This document shows, one piece after another, positions 63,586-64,000 of a stretch of 64,000 bases of DNA. Made by a program: the position numbers and the translations under genes. Source of the DNA: Diadema setosum (lineage: Eukaryota); the NCBI RefSeq assembly GCF_964275005.1, contig NC_092698.1, forward strand, positions 37,744,597 through 37,808,596. The letters run 5' to 3'. Positions within the stretch are counted from its first letter, which is position 1. Every line of letters starts with the position of its first letter. The notes under the pieces were generated by a model. It had not been told where the DNA came from. It was given only the letters and a program-made list of their open reading frames with translations, and did no database searches.

Positions 63586-64000
63586 TCTCCCATCATCTTC
63601 CCCTGTACATGCCGGAAATCAAGCATATATCTTCAAGGTTTATCATAGTAATGGAACATTTGCTTTGGATGGAGATGTTCTCTGATAATCAAGAAAAAAC
63701 AAAATTAACTGCAATCGTCGTATCTATAGTTGTCATCTTGGTCACCAGACCAATGATTGTTCCCCACCTTTTCGTTATAACACGTTATTTTTTCTTTCGA
63801 GTAACAGTAATGTGTCACTTTGATTTAAAAAAGGAAAAGAATTCGTCATTCTCCGGGCTATATTCTTTCTCCTTCTTACTGTCAGATTATAAAGTTGGCC
63901 AATGAAATGTCAGCGATCACTGAAAGCTGCAGTCATCTAATGCCTTGCTGACCTGTACTAATTGGCTGTTCATTTTTTTTTTTCCTTCTGAGAGATGGCT

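Overview
The window is eukaryotic, most likely a metazoan invertebrate genome. It is AT-rich, with many (CA)n, (GA)n and (CAA)n microsatellites, very long poly-G/C tracts, GT-AG introns, tRNA-derived SINEs and MITEs. Nothing prokaryotic such as operons or CRISPR was seen. There are two main gene loci.

The first is a minus-strand gene with a 3.27 kb coding exon at 9371-12644. This exon splices in frame (phase 1) to a terminal exon at 1446-2224. The encoded protein is about 1350 aa, largely disordered and Ser/Pro-rich, with an N-terminal Cys/His motif.

The second is a head-to-tail tandem pair of carboxylesterase type-B / cholinesterase-like genes on the plus strand. Gene 1 (38454-45487) and gene 2 (49232-63585) have an identical 8-exon structure, and each predicts 615 aa. 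Both keep the active-site motifs GESAGG, GTNEDEMS and GA(T/A)HAEDL. Both have a separate last exon encoding a Trp-heptad plus Cys tail that resembles a cholinesterase T-peptide.

Gene 2 is otherwise intact, but its exon 7 is precisely interrupted by a 3.08 kb non-autonomous element at 59545-62623. The element has terminal inverted repeats, a 7-8 bp target-site duplication, and an internal array of about 8 tandem units of roughly 270 bp. It creates an immediate in-frame stop.

A second, shorter copy of the same element (one unit only) lies inverted at 35885-37296, inside an unusually G/C-homopolymer-rich block. Gene 2 introns also carry a 3' fragment of an R2-superfamily non-LTR retrotransposon (RT thumb, CCHC finger, PD-D/E-K endonuclease), a TIR element with internal 160-bp tandem repeats, SINEs and a long palindrome. 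Elsewhere there are a TTAA-flanked foldback MITE, a TA-flanked Tc1/mariner-like MITE, a 1.1 kb foldback, and a palindromic motif array between the two esterase genes.
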